A stretch of DNA of 57,088 bases, counting the filler, from Sphacelaria rigidula (lineage: Eukaryota), in assembly GCA_964200075.2 (NCBI GenBank). It is 7 parts of 7 records of this genome, joined end to end, with 100 filler letters (N's around TTAATTAATTAA, not from the genome) between each part and the next. Parts side by side here need not be neighbours in the genome. Positions count along the whole stretch, not along the records: positions 8,172 to 16,241 come from CAXNAA020012409.1; positions 16,342 to 24,411 come from CAXNAA020012410.1; positions 24,512 to 32,581 come from CAXNAA020012411.1; 4 more parts are not named here. One strand, 5' to 3'. Shown one piece after another: positions 13,444-26,370 of the stretch. The position numbers and the translations under genes were made by a program. The notes under the pieces were generated by a model that did not search any database, was not told where the DNA came from, and was given only the letters and a program-made list of their open reading frames with translations. The stretch's first letter is position 1. Every line of letters starts with the position of its first letter.

Positions 13444-15599
13444 GTAAGAAAGGGCGGTGGGGATTATCAACGAAAACTACTATTTGAGTCAATTATTGTA
13501 TGATGATATCAAGATTGCCATGTGCCCTGCAAGCATCACGCCTTTTTTTGCGAGGTCGATGTCTCAGCTACATATATAATAGTATTTCCCGTGTCTTACA
13601 GTATCTGTCTGTCCTGACATAACTCTTTCAAGATGTACCTGGAGTTTGCAAAACACTTGCCAGACCTTGAACCGGTAGCGACTGCAGGCTGTGTGAAAAC
13701 GGGACGCGCGCATTTCCGAATGATCAGGTCCGCACGGAGTGCTTGTTGGCCGAGGGATGTGACGACCGTATCACGGTGCCATACGCCACTGGAAAGACGA
13801 CAAACAAGTACTATTGCTCGGTCGTGCCTACTCCCGGGGTGGTGAGCCGCTCTTCTTGTACCAGCAGCTCTGCTACCCGGTGAGCGTATTTCGCTGTGCT
13901 GTTGTACATCATCTGATAATCTGCTGTGTGTGCCCCGCCCTTGCGGTCCTACTTGGCTGACTTCCACCAAAAACAAAACTGATGCAGTGGGGGACTTGGT
14001 GATACACAGTGCAGTAGGCGAATGGGTCGTTTTAAGTTGTAATATCACAGCAAAAGTTCGGTGTGATCTCTGGTACTGCAGTATGCTAACTTTACAGCAT
14101 CTAGAGCCTGAGACCTACGGGCACAACATCATGGCGGCGGAATCGCCAATGCTTATGTTTTTCAGCTTTTGCCATATGTTATTCCCGTACACAATCCCGA
14201 GCAGGTTTCAAGCACGTTTCGAAACCTGTTTTCTTTTAAAGTTTCACCCCCCCCGCCCCTCTCTTTCATCCTTAGACAGCGATCCCCCCTCAGGTGAACG
14301 GAGATGGACTGTTGTATGCCACATTTGGCGTTGAGAAACAGCTCTGTTCTCGCTATACAAAACGCCTTTTTTCGTGAACATGTGGATATTGGGCAAATAT
14401 ATAGAAGATAGTCCGGGAGAACGTCTGATCAGTTCTGACCCTGCAGTCAATTGCGTGCAGAGTCGGTATGTGTGCTTGCTGTATGTCTTCGCTGGATACA
14501 ATGACAAGAAACAATCGAGGTGTCATCGCTGTCCACTGGACACAGTCTACTGCATGCTGCTGATGTCTCTGGTTAGTGTCCCACAATAACACTACAGGCA
14601 GTGTGAAGCTATGCTGGCAACAGACGAGGGGTCAGGTAGGCGGCGTAGACCACGAGCAGAGCACAAAGCACGTTGTTTGTGCCCATGTTATCTATGGTTG
14701 AATACTTAGCACTAAAATGAGAAGCACTGGTAGACAGCGAAGTAGTCCACCTGTAGTCCACCTGTCGGGGACCAAAGTGACCATTTTGATAGCCGTGGTT
14801 GATCAGAATTGTCTCTCCGCTCTTATAGGACCTCGTTTCTGGCTTCTAATTTTCCGTGGGAAACTTCCGAATACACATGATTGACGTGGTGAGCTTCTCG
14901 GCTGTCCTGCAAACAGGCCCCCACCCGCTTGTCAAAAGCCACCCCCCTCACCCTGGAAACCCTCGCATGTCCCTGGACTGTCAGCCGGTGAAACTGTTCC
15001 GAGGCGGCGTTCGCTGTCCAAGGGTTAGCAAGAGAGGGAGAAAGCAGCTGCACTACTTTTCCAGTTCAGCAAAAGGCAGCATTCGGTGTACTGAATTTTT
15101 CAATAGTAGGTAACTCCTGTATTTCTCGTTGCCCGGTTGGAACGTGCTCGCGTAGGAGATCGTTCGATAGCGCGGATGCAGCACGGCAAGACATGCTCCT
15201 CAACTGGGCGTTACAGCCTCCCGGAGCCAGAGGCGAGGACAAAGGCTTTCCCGACCGCATGGCTGACATCCGTCGTCGACTTTTGGATGTACTTGGAGTG
15301 GATGATAATATTGCCGAGGTAAAGGTTTGAAGTGTTGGCATGTACCCCATATTCATATGTGCCATACAGTCCGTGTGACCTGGTCAAGAGCATGACATTC
15401 CCTTCAACAGCACGACAGTTGCTGGCGACGGGAAGTCGCGTAGCTCGTCTCGCTCGCAATGGAAGCGTCAGCAATGAAGACGTTCGTGCTTGGCACTATG
15501 AAACAAGGATGCCAATAGTAGTGGCGATGATATCGCTCACTTCGATATACGAGCCCGATTCAGAGCACATGCTTCCTTCTCGCACTAACGTGCCTTAAG

Positions 15600-15643
<44 letters not shown>

Positions 15644-15763
15644 ACCATGCCCCCACCAGCCCCCCCACCCCCACCCCCAGCGCGCCCCGCAACCCCACCC
15701 GGAANNNNNNNNNNCTCCCTTTTCCACACCCCAACTCCCACCACCTCCCCCTCCCTCCCCCCC

Positions 15764-15800
<37 letters not shown>

Positions 15801-16241
15801 CGCCATCCTCCGTCTCGAAAGGGATGCGTGGTCAATGGTCAAACGACTAAGGGAAGCAACAGATGAGTACGCCCCCGCCCCCCGGCCAAGCTTATTCTTC
15901 CGATACATGCAAGCACGCGAGCGCTCGCGAACCCGTGCAACGCAGGCGAGATGTACAGTACCATGCATCTTCTTCACCCCAATATTCATGGAAGAGAGGC
16001 AAAATACAAAATTCATAGACGGGCCGGCAGAGCTCCTGTTAGCTTGTTCCCTCTTGTCGCGGCATGTGTTCACTCCGTAGACAACGACTGCATCATGCAC
16101 CGGAACGTATCGATAGTTTTGGCAACGGCAGTTCAAAAGCCGTGTATTGGAGCTATGATTGGTCCCGATACCCCCCCCTCCCCCCCCCACAATTAAATGA
16201 AAAGAATACACCCCCACATCGGCAGAGCACAAGTCCGTAAC

Positions 16242-16341
16242 NNNNNNNNNNNNNNNNNNNNNNNNNNNNNNNNNNNNNNNNNNNNTTAATTAATTAANNN
16301 NNNNNNNNNNNNNNNNNNNNNNNNNNNNNNNNNNNNNNNNN
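16242..16341. other. Artificial scaffold linker
   Basis: N44-TTAATTAATTAA-N44. Confidence 0.98.
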
Positions 16342-16419
16342 GGGGGGGGCGCGGGGGGGTGGGTGGGTGGCGGGTGTGTGGGCGCTGTGCTGCGGCTGGG
16401 CGGGGGGGGGGGGGGGGGG

Positions 16420-16560
16420 GTGTACTCATTTGTTGCTTGCCTTGGTCGTGTGACCATTGACCATGCACCCCTTTCGAGATGGAGCATGTAGCGGGGAGAG
16501 ATGGGTTGATCCCTTGAGACAACGGACTCGTCCCCAGGTAAGGCAGGGGTTCAGAATATG
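16420..16560. repeat. Interspersed repeat family (GGGACGAGTCCG-containing)
   Basis: Related segments at about 15805-15885, 41530-41600, 51525-51660 and 53800-53860. Confidence 0.55.
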
Positions 16561-16766
16561 ACACCCGGGATGCTCAATGTAGAGTGTGCCGATACTGTCA
16601 ACTTCAGCTACCTTTGCTGCGCCCGTTACTATATCGTGAAGGGTAGGCCATGCATTTTATCGTTGGTTAAAGCATGCTACCGTCCACGAGTGCTGTGCGG
16701 AAAGAAGCCGGAAGTCTCTGTGCATTCCGATGAGCCGGTCGCTCCGGTGGCTCAGTTGGTAATTTC

Positions 16767-19700
16767 CAGGCCTATACATGACCCACGTGGCACAGCGTTA
16801 CACGTTACGTTCACATCACATTTTGGCCAAAACGTAACGTGGACGTTGACGTTTTTTCACCTGATGAACGTAAGGCAACGTAACCGTTAAAACGTCCAAT
16901 AAAATGGGCACGTAACGTGAATTGTTACCGTGCCAAACGGAACGTAACCTAAACGCTGAATTGTCCAGACGTTCAAAACAGGTAATACGAAACGTTTCAT
17001 GGAGTGTGTGACGTTCATTACACGCACCTTACACGTGTAATGGACATCACACGCGACATGAAACGTCATAAACACGTTACATCAAGTAGTGCACACTTCA
17101 AGATTGCGATCAACTTTAAAATCCTGGAAGATTTTGCTTCAATGAACACAGGTGAGTTTGGGTGACCATATGGTATGGGACATACTATTTCAGGGAATCG
17201 TGCGCTCCGCGCCAGACATCGTTGTAGCACATCATGAAAAAATCAAAGTCATCCACATTCATATCAATAGAAGACATCGGGTGTGACGTAACCGTTCACG
17301 TCACGTGCACGTGCAGGAAGTGCATGACACGGATCCACGGGGGGCATCGGCGGGTTCACAACTATGGGGTGCCGCAGCCTTCAGCCTATCTCGGCCGTTG
17401 CCTGCAGCTACAGCGTCTACCGCAACGGCAAACTGCAGTGCCGACGACTCGCCTGCCCCGTGGTCGAAGGGATCATTGATCATTGTGCAAAACGAGCGGA
17501 AGAAGGTGACTGCCGCCACACGGAGTCGTCAGGGTACTCTGTCACCGCTCTCGAAGTACATTACCCACTTCTCGCCTGCCCTGTCTAACGGCAAGAACGT
17601 CATCTGCCGAGTCTTGATGCCGAAGGGAGACCGGTACGGCCACCTCAAGAGACACGTGTCAAATAACGGAACAGACGTCATGTCTAACCACATGCAGAGA
17701 AATCACGAAAACGTGTTCAAGTTGTGTACGGCTTTGAGCGTACACTCTAGCGCAGCACAGCGCGAGAGGGGAAGTATCCTCCAGAGGGCCCCATCAGCGA
17801 CAGGAGAAGCACGAGCAGGGTCGTCAGAATAAAAAATACGGTAGTGTACAACTGCATGATACAAGCGTGTGTATCACGCGATACTATTGCTTCCGCTGCA
17901 GTAGTGTACCACTGTACTACACTGTACTGTACTGTGGTGCGGCTCTGTAGTGCAGACATACAGTGCAGCTGTACTCTGTATGCACCGACGATAATACCGT
18001 ACAAGCATCGTGTGGTGTACGTTCTACGTTCTTTCTTCTACTTGTGTATTTTTGTGCTAAAGACTGCCGTACTGGACTTGGTGTTTAGTTTCCAGTCGTT
18101 TTCTGTGTACCGTTTCAAATATACTGTGATGTACTCTTATTGTATGGCATACATATACGTGCTCTTACCCTGCTGGTTCGGATCCGCGCGAAAAATTCCT
18201 CCCTATATTTTTGAGTTTTGTGTACTCTACTTTATCAGGACTACATGTGCATACTCGCACGCTTCACCCCCACGAAGCTCAAATTCCTATCCATATTTTT
18301 TGTATGCTCTTGTTTCCTTGTGACATTGTCTGCTCAACTACAGGAGAGAGACCTCTGGGAAGAACAAGTTTTTTTTCTATTTTGAGCAGGATGCGCTCTA
18401 TGTTCACATCGGGAGATCGGAAGCACCTGCGCCGCAAGCTCGTCATACGGTGCGTCGTCAACGGTCGACCGCGGGCATGCCTCGACGATGTCGATGTCAG
18501 AATGCTCATCGCGGAGGTTGCCCCGGATTACGGTGGGGTAACCCCTGCGAAATCGACGCTCAACAACCTCCTCGATGACTTCACCTCAGGAGTAAAGGAC
18601 GACGTGGTCGGGGCCCTTCAAGACAGCGCATGAAGAGTACCGCAAGACCGGACACTCCGGGGACTTCTGCAGCCTGCAGCCTCATCTGACTACTGTGGCC
18701 AACCAAGAGTTCTGCACAGCATCAGCGTCATTGATTTTTTCCAGACAGCCCCGAGGTGGAGCACGTCAGTTTGGCGACGCGCGTGTTTCCTGGCACCCAC
18801 AAGGAAGCCGACACGTCACGGTGGGCCAAAGAGGCGAGACAACCAGATATTTTGCGTACAAAATATACGGCGGTAGCAATAATCGCGTCCGGGGTAAGCT
18901 TTGCTCTTCACTTTCTATATTGTTCCCAGAATGCATTCATAAGGCCGTTCCCTCCGGCTTGTATTTTATATTTTGTTGGGCTCGTATTTACCCCTTTTGA
19001 GACATTTGATAAGCTTTTTGACTCCCGAACAGGGGAAATCACCTCCTCACAATCGCGGGCATTTCTCGTAATTCGAACTACAGACACCGCATTGTTTTTC
19101 CATTCGTAATTTTGTCCACAGGCCGCTCTCGAAATCTCTGACCCGAGGGATTTGGAAAAGTGGGCTAGACTCCTCTCGGTGGGGTGATGCAAAAGTGTCA
19201 AAGACGTGTGTGGGGGGCGATTATTCCTGTTCGGGAGTCGAAACCCTTGCCACATGTCCCAGAAGTTGGAAATACCAGCCCGACAAAATATAAAAGGCTT
19301 CATCGGGGTGAACGGCCTAGATTTTAAGGTCGAAATTCGAAAATTGGAGTTTGTGCACAGCTTCATGTCCTGCAGTCGCGATTGGCTCGTTTTTTCATGC
19401 CTTGTGCCCACTACTGTGCTGCCGCAAAAACAAGGGCTGTGGTCAGGTTATATGCTGTAATTATATTATGAGTCTTTTTCTCAACAGTAGTGTAGAGTAT
19501 GATAAACGGTGTGGATACAGACGTTAGTCTTCTCCTGGCCTGCTCCGCCTTGCCAGTCCAACAATAAGTTATCAAAGCAAATCATGGTTTGTACATGAAC
19601 ACCACCCTGCACTTGTGTCCAATTCCCGCAGGTGACTGCAGACAGATTTAGGTCCTTCATCGACAACGTCACACCGAAAGATGTGTTCGTGGCAGCGGCA

Positions 19701-20115
19701 GTGGACCAGGGGGGAAACGCGGCCAACGCCTGCATATCTCTCGACGTCCGCGTACTTGTTTGTCGCGCCCACTGATCAGCTCGGCTGTGATGTGGATGCT
19801 GGGGATCGCCGGCTCAACCACTAGGTTCCAGAACAAGGACATGGAGGAGCTCATCCAGAGAGCCACCGCGTTGGCCGGCGTAATCAGCCCTTCTGCTGTC
19901 AACAGCAATGCTCTACGAGCAGTCCAGCGCAAAGTTAGGGAGCAAGAGATGAAGGAAGATAGGGAAACCATGGTGGCGGAAGCAGCGGGCATCACTCTGG
20001 CACAAGGCGAGTTCCTGGAACGGATGGAAGATATTACTTCATGTAGCGAAGAACCGACTAACTTGGAGAAGATCAACTTCGACATCCTGCGCCCAGTGAG
20101 GCCCGATAACACCAG
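16767..20115 (+). mobile_element. hAT DNA transposon, 5' portion, decayed
   Basis: Starts CAGGCCTATACATG directly after a truncated SINE head (16734-16766). Subterminal ACGTAAC/ACGTTAC array at about 16785-17080, followed by transposase exons. Confidence 0.75.
17305..20115 (+). pseudogene. Intron-containing hAT transposase pseudogene
   Basis: BED-finger-like segment (NVICRVLMPKGDRYGHLKRH...SNHMQRNH). Exon 18390-18833 has the hAT DNA-binding motif (LVIRCVVNGRPRACLDD...PDY...PAKSTL) and FPGTHKEAD. Exon 19632-20115 has AAAVDQGGN (second catalytic Asp), CRAH (CxxH) and DNTR| (TRW motif split by an intron). Frameshifts near 18630, 18675-18745 and 19771. Confidence 0.85.
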
Positions 20116-23100
20116 GTGAGCTTCCCCGCAAGAAGGGGAATGTGAGGTTTGGGGTTGTACTGTGATATCTTTCCGTTTTAATTGCCGTTGTGTCGTGCGC
20201 GCTTCTGGTTTTTGTCGGATGTTTCCGTTTGTTTGGTTTGTCCTGTATCTATTTGTCCTTTTATTATGAGAGCGTTTGTCTACATTTCCTTTCGTGGCGT
20301 TTCTGTGTTTATTCTCCTTGTTTGCTCTACCTTCGAGTCGTCCGTCTGTCTGGCGACCGCAGCTATTCGTCAGGAATCAGTAAGAGTGAAAACATCAATT
20401 CCATCAATGTGTCGTCAAAATACAAGAATAATCAGTTGCTCATGGCTGTCTCGTCGTTCACACCCGCGTGTGTACGTCACAATGGATGCCAGGTGGGCTT
20501 CGCAGCTTGTGCGTTTGATTATCCTCGAGACGTACATCGCCTAGTACCTCCGCGATCCCCCGGAGAATGGGCACCGCGGGCTCTCGCCGACCGACTGGGC
20601 GGTCGTGAAGGATTTTTTTTTTTTTTACAGTTTACGGGGTCCGATTGGGTCCAAGTTTCCCCCAAAAAACTGGGACCTCCGGAAAACGGTGAAAAAAGTA
20701 AAGGTAAAAACAAAAACGACACTCGAAAGTTGCGTAATTACCCATAGAACATTCGTGCAAAATTTCAGGGTCCACCTTCTTCAAACGGCGTGAGGTTTTG
20801 CCAATGAGTGTTTTTTGGGTGATCAACGTGAACCAGCCTGCATTTATTGTCCATACCAAATTTCAGGGTTAAACGCTAAATATTGGTCGGTGAATGGGCC
20901 TGCAAAGTACGAATTCGCTTCCCGGCTGGCCCAGCTCGTACACACACCGGGTGGGATTCAAGTCATGGTGACTGCTGTGTCGGCAGTATTTGCTCACATA
21001 TTTCTAAAATCTCCAAACGTACGTGGCGTAATGTTTCGTCCAACATACATCGGTTTCGTTGGCGCTTTTCGGGCAACGAGTTTTATTTTGTTGAACCGGT
21101 AATGTTCGGATGATGAAGGGAATCTACGAATACTTGTCTTGTCAAGTGGGTCATTTTCATCATGACAGGTTTCATAGAAAGACTTCGTCAAAGCCGCTGC
21201 GTAGTAAATACTTAAGGTCATCACGTGCCAGCGGTATTCATGTGCTCATCAGCGTGCGCACGGTACGTGGCGACTTTTGTCCCCAACTCCTCGCTGGCAG
21301 CCATGGCTTGAGGGGGCACGCAGGTGTAGTACAGTGAATTCTGCCGTTGCCTCATCACTCAGTCGTTGCGCCGGTGTCATTCCTGATGAACTACCCGTTT
21401 GTAGTGTGTGGCAGCAAGAGCTCAGGGGAGGTCGGAGACTACGCGATGCACTTCAAGACTTGGGTCGAGATAAAAAAATTGGTCATTTGTTTGTCTCGCC
21501 ATCTAACTCTTCCCATTCCTGGTGAAGGTCGGGACGAGTCAGTGGTGCTAAAGGAACGATGCGTCTCCCCCCGAGTACGTAGATCATAAATTGGATACTA
21601 AGATCCAGTCATTTCCGCTACTAAAGATCTGAGCTGCGCCTTTCACGGTGTGAAGTGCAGAGGCATCCGTTACTGGGCACGATTTTCTAGAGAGTGGAAC
21701 GGACCAAGCCGAAGAAACTCGGTCGTTGCCGGCTTGGTCACTCGTCCACGGCAGAACTGATTAGTTCGATACCAACCAAAGAAAACAACAAGAACATGTA
21801 GCTGTACACCCTGCTAACGCGGTGGGTTGTACAAGAGCCACAGATCCTATGGAGACGGTACAACGTGAATGCTCGATTGGATGCCTTCATTTGCTTAATC
21901 CTACATCTTCGCCACAGACAGTACAGGGATGCATTAACAAGGGAACTCAGAATATAGCACCCGCCAGCTTCAAGCAATGCTCAACTGTACACTACGGCAG
22001 TGCTGCCACTCCACTTGAAAATAGTGGCATAGTCCTACACAGTTCTCGTACCCTACCTACTTCTATGCGTCTTTATTCCGGGTTCATTCCATAACCATCG
22101 GGGTCACAATTGACTCACTCACAACGCGAACGTGATTACTACGATTCAGTGCAGGTCGGGCATGGGCATGCCAAGAAGCCATGGTCTCCCGCCGTAGGGC
22201 ACCAAAGGTTTCAAATACCGCGGAAAGCACAAAGCTTGATTTGACCACGAATTCACCGCTTGTCCTGCACCACAGTGATGCTGCGATAGTCATCTCCTGC
22301 ACCGCACAACATATTACGCCACACTGTCAAAGCATCAGTTGTTACTCCATCCTGTGGTTTGAATTTCTATTTTGGTGAATACTACATCAGTCTGCTAACG
22401 ACATTTTCCATTCATCTCCGTGTTACAACGTTCCCGTTGTTCAACGCGTGGACAGGCCCAATGCGGTGGTCTAAAGTGCACATGCGCGTTACACCAAATT
22501 CGGTCATGGATGAGGCGGCGAGTAGGTACGGGGAATCACGGACCGGCGTGGCATGTAGTGGTATGGCTACCAAAGTACTCGATGACACTTTTTTTTTGGC
22601 ATGTGTCGACATGGAGCAGCGCGCTGTGTTGAGTCGGCAGAGATGTGAAGCACGTCTTTCAGTCGCAAATGCTGCCATTATCGACACGCATGAAGCAATG
22701 GAGGGTCGCCCAGGATGAGATGGGCTTTGAAGTCCACCCGCTCTGCAGTTGTCGGGAGTTATGCTCCCCGGTGTGCGTGCTGTGGCTGCTTGTGTTTTTG
22801 GTCGATTTTGCCTGTGTGTCTTGTCAATTTTGTCAACTTCGTAGGTAGGGTTGTTGGGCTACCGGGGCTTAGCGTGCCCGTCCTTGCGTTGCGAGGATAT
22901 CTCAGTATGGGTATACAAATATTTTATCGTCTACGAAGTTTCTGTTCAATATTGGCGCACCACTCATGTGCAAAAATTGGTGTCACGAGATACATCACGC
23001 ATATACTAACCAACACCCACAGGTTCATGATATATCTGCACAGGACTCACGGACGGGTTGATGAAAGAAGAGCACCCAGAGCCTCTCGAATACGATCCAT

Positions 23101-24411
23101 TTTCAATATCTTTACCAGGGTCTTTGAAGGCCACTTCAAGTACCACAAAAACGCCGAGTCGAAATGACAACACGCCGCAGAGTCAGAGAATGCTGTAGTA
23201 ATCAGACATGACCCCCTTATTACATGTTTGTACCGTGTTCGGGTCTACCTATTCCAGTATTTCACTCAAATTCAGTCACAAGACTACTTCTGTCTCAGCA
23301 ACACCGAGGGAACACAAGCCCCCTCTCCCTTCCTGTGCGCCGCACAGTATTACATTCGAAGATTGGGTATGCGTACAGTCCAGCCGCCCGGAGGCAAGCG
23401 AAGGTATTAACCAGCCATAGGGGAAACGGTAAATATCTATCCTGGGTGGTATCATTAACAAAGTGTACCACACATCCAGCATAATAATGACAACGCCAAC
23501 GACCAACATGGTAGGTGCAGTAGTACTAATGACAACCACGATTGGGTATTGGTCTGTCCCAGGTGCTGCGAGGCATGTGACGCACAGCAGGGTGAGTAAT
23601 CAAACTTTTCAGCGGCGGGCCTCGTTCCGGAATATTTCGCCTGATGGTCTCCCGGGATATGTGGAACTATATACAGTTATGGGCGCGCCTGACCCCCCAA
23701 AATGAGCCAAAAAAGTGTCACCGACCAAAAGCACGAACGGACCGGAGATCTCGTTCATCCCCTGATTATGCACGCCGTAAAATCCCCCCAAGTACTTGTG
23801 ATTTGAGTGGGGTTTCTACTCGACAATTTCCCATTTTTGTTGTCCCGGGCTACGAACCACGGCGTACCTAGGCTACTCACCGGCGTGTATTTGTCCAAGC
23901 TACAATCTGGAAAGATTGTGGAACCAAAGGAGTAATGGTGTTCGAGAAAATCGCAGAAAACCCATGTTTTTTCCACTTAATTTGTTATAAAACTCGAATC
24001 CCGATGAGATAAAAAAAATCGATCACCGAGTTTTTAGCTGCCGTCTTGGCGCAGATGATGCAAGAAATCGCATCCCAATCGATGGCGTTGACGATGAGTA
24101 ATTGGGGCAACCGTTTGGGCTACGGGCGCAAACCAGCACCTCCAACCCTCGCCAGTTTTCACGACATGCGAACACGTCACCCCTGTCCAACGGCCTCAGA
24201 ATAGATTACACCCATGAATCACTCTTGATACTGCAGATGGTTGATACATCGCATGTGTGGAATGTTCGGCAGGTAGGTGTAGAATTGAACCTTTGACCAA
24301 ACCCCTAGAGGCTTCCGTGTGTGCGGATATTTACCCCCATCTGTGCATCGCTTGTGATAGTGGCAAGAGTAGCGCTCGTTCTCCTGCACCCGGTGCCATC
24401 ACCACGCCACC

Positions 24412-24511
24412 NNNNNNNNNNNNNNNNNNNNNNNNNNNNNNNNNNNNNNNNNNNNTTAATTAATTAANNNNNNNNNNNNNNNNNNNNNNNNNNNNNNNNN
24501 NNNNNNNNNNN
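24412..24511. other. Artificial scaffold linker
   Basis: N44-TTAATTAATTAA-N44. Confidence 0.98.
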
Positions 24512-25568
24512 AAGGCAAACAACAAATGACCTCCCCCCCCCCCCCCCCCCCGGCTCGTGGGGGGCGGGGCGCGGGAGGCGCCGCCGGAGGCAGTAAAGTT
24601 GGGATATATGGCTTTATTTCCCATCGAAATTGGCCTAATCAAGCTTCCCCAGCCCAGGAGAAAACATGTCCAGATTAGATAAAACCCAGTAATCACACTG
24701 CGCATTTTATCGCTTTATCGAAATGTTTTCGATACGATAACGATAACGATAAAGATATTTCGATAAGATTTATCGAAAATTTCGATGCGATATCCAACAC
24801 TGATATATGTGATCCTAAAAAAACTCCCAATAATTTCTTGAACCCCCTGGTAACTGGAAACATGAAAAATAGAACAAACGTCCATGAAACGTTTTCTTGT
24901 GACGTCAAGTTAATATGTGTAAGTTTTCAACTTTCAAATTCTCAGAGTCGAAGGGCGTGTCTCATCAAACTACTGTTCGATCGAAAAGTGCGGCGGCAAA
25001 GAAAAAAATCCGATCTGATAGGTCAAGATAGATTGTCATATGTGTCCGCACTTTTTCGAACAAAAATTTAGTACTTAAATAGTGGATATAAATAAGGATC
25101 TATTCTGAACTATCAGATCGGATATTTTTTCCCGATGCATTTTTTTGATCGAGAAATAGTTTGATAGGACGTGCCCTGGCTCCGAGACCTGGCGCCGTGA
25201 GGATTTTTTCGTGTGTATGTTCAGGGTGATAAACGTGAACCAGCCAATAATTTCCAACCGAACTGTGGAGATCCTCAGAAATATTATGTCGGGACGAGCG
25301 ATTACGATACATTCCCGCCATCCAGTTTGGAAAACACGCTTTCGAACCGGCCAGCCGCAGCAGAGGTCTCGTCACCTTTTTTCGGCTATGACGCTGTGAA
25401 CCCATCACGACAGCACAGCGATTCCGATTGAAGAGAGTGACACTATAGTCGTGCATGACACATTTCTTGTTTTTTTTGCTAGCCTGTGACCACGGAAGGC
25501 GTCCGCATCAGATGCCCAGTACGAATGTACCGNNNNNNNNNNATATCGGAACGGTTTTTAATGTGAAG

Positions 25569-25605
<37 letters not shown>
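25569..25605. repeat. (CAA)n microsatellite
   Basis: Perfect trinucleotide run. Confidence 0.95.
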
Positions 25606-25607
<2 letters not shown>

Positions 25608-26240
25608 ACACGCCGAAGCAGGGTGAAGTAGATGCAGTTTTTCCGCGCTTGCTAGAGATACCGCAGTTTAAGTGTACTGTAGAGATCGCGTTCGATCCCG
25701 AAGGGTTGGTGCTATCCTGAAGACACTGCTTTCCGTGTAGATGTACGCTTTTCGCCCGAATTGTATTCATCCCCAAGTGTTCACTACGATTCTTGGAGTT
25801 ATACCCTGAAAAATATGCACACATATCCTATACAAATATCGAAAGGCTTTGAATGGGTAGGGTCCTTCGACTTATTCTCTTTTCTCCACTTATCCGGATC
25901 CCGGGGTTCTGGGGTGCCACTTGCCCTTCCGGGTACTCCCAATGACTAGTGACAACGGAAAACATTAATACCATCTTGATTAAACGTTTGTTAATGTCCG
26001 AGAGCGTATGTGTACAAGGTTTCAGGGCCTACCTCCAACACTCGGCATGAAGATTTGAGCTTTGTGCGATGAAGTGAGCTCGACACGTGCTAACTCCCAC
26101 CCATTCGATTTTAGTATAAAACGGGTTTTCCGGGTGGGTTAACGTTGAACCGGCCACTTGCTTCGTGGAGGCTATCGTAAGGAGTGACGATTCTCAGGTT
26201 TGAGCTGTCAGAGACCCCCTATCTCATTGAGAAGACGAGT

Positions 26241-26370
26241 TGTGAAATAGATCAGAGCTCGCGACGATTATCATCCCAATGGGTTGGAAATGGGTCGAAT
26301 GGATTTGTGAAATAGGTCAGAGCTCGCGACGATGATCACCACACCTGGTTGGAGATGGGTCGAATGGACT
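26241..26370. repeat. Tandem duplication, 2 x 65 bp
   Basis: TGTGAAATAG(A/G)TCAGAGCTCGCGACGAT...ATGGGTCGAATGGA repeated at 26241 and 26306. Confidence 0.85.

Noticed and set aside
15560-15850. Gly- and Pro-rich ORFs over poly-C tracts (also 1030-1080, 8000-8070 and 16342-16420)
   Set aside because: Homopolymer runs, mostly at gaps or scaffold ends, probably low-quality sequence; no splice or codon support.
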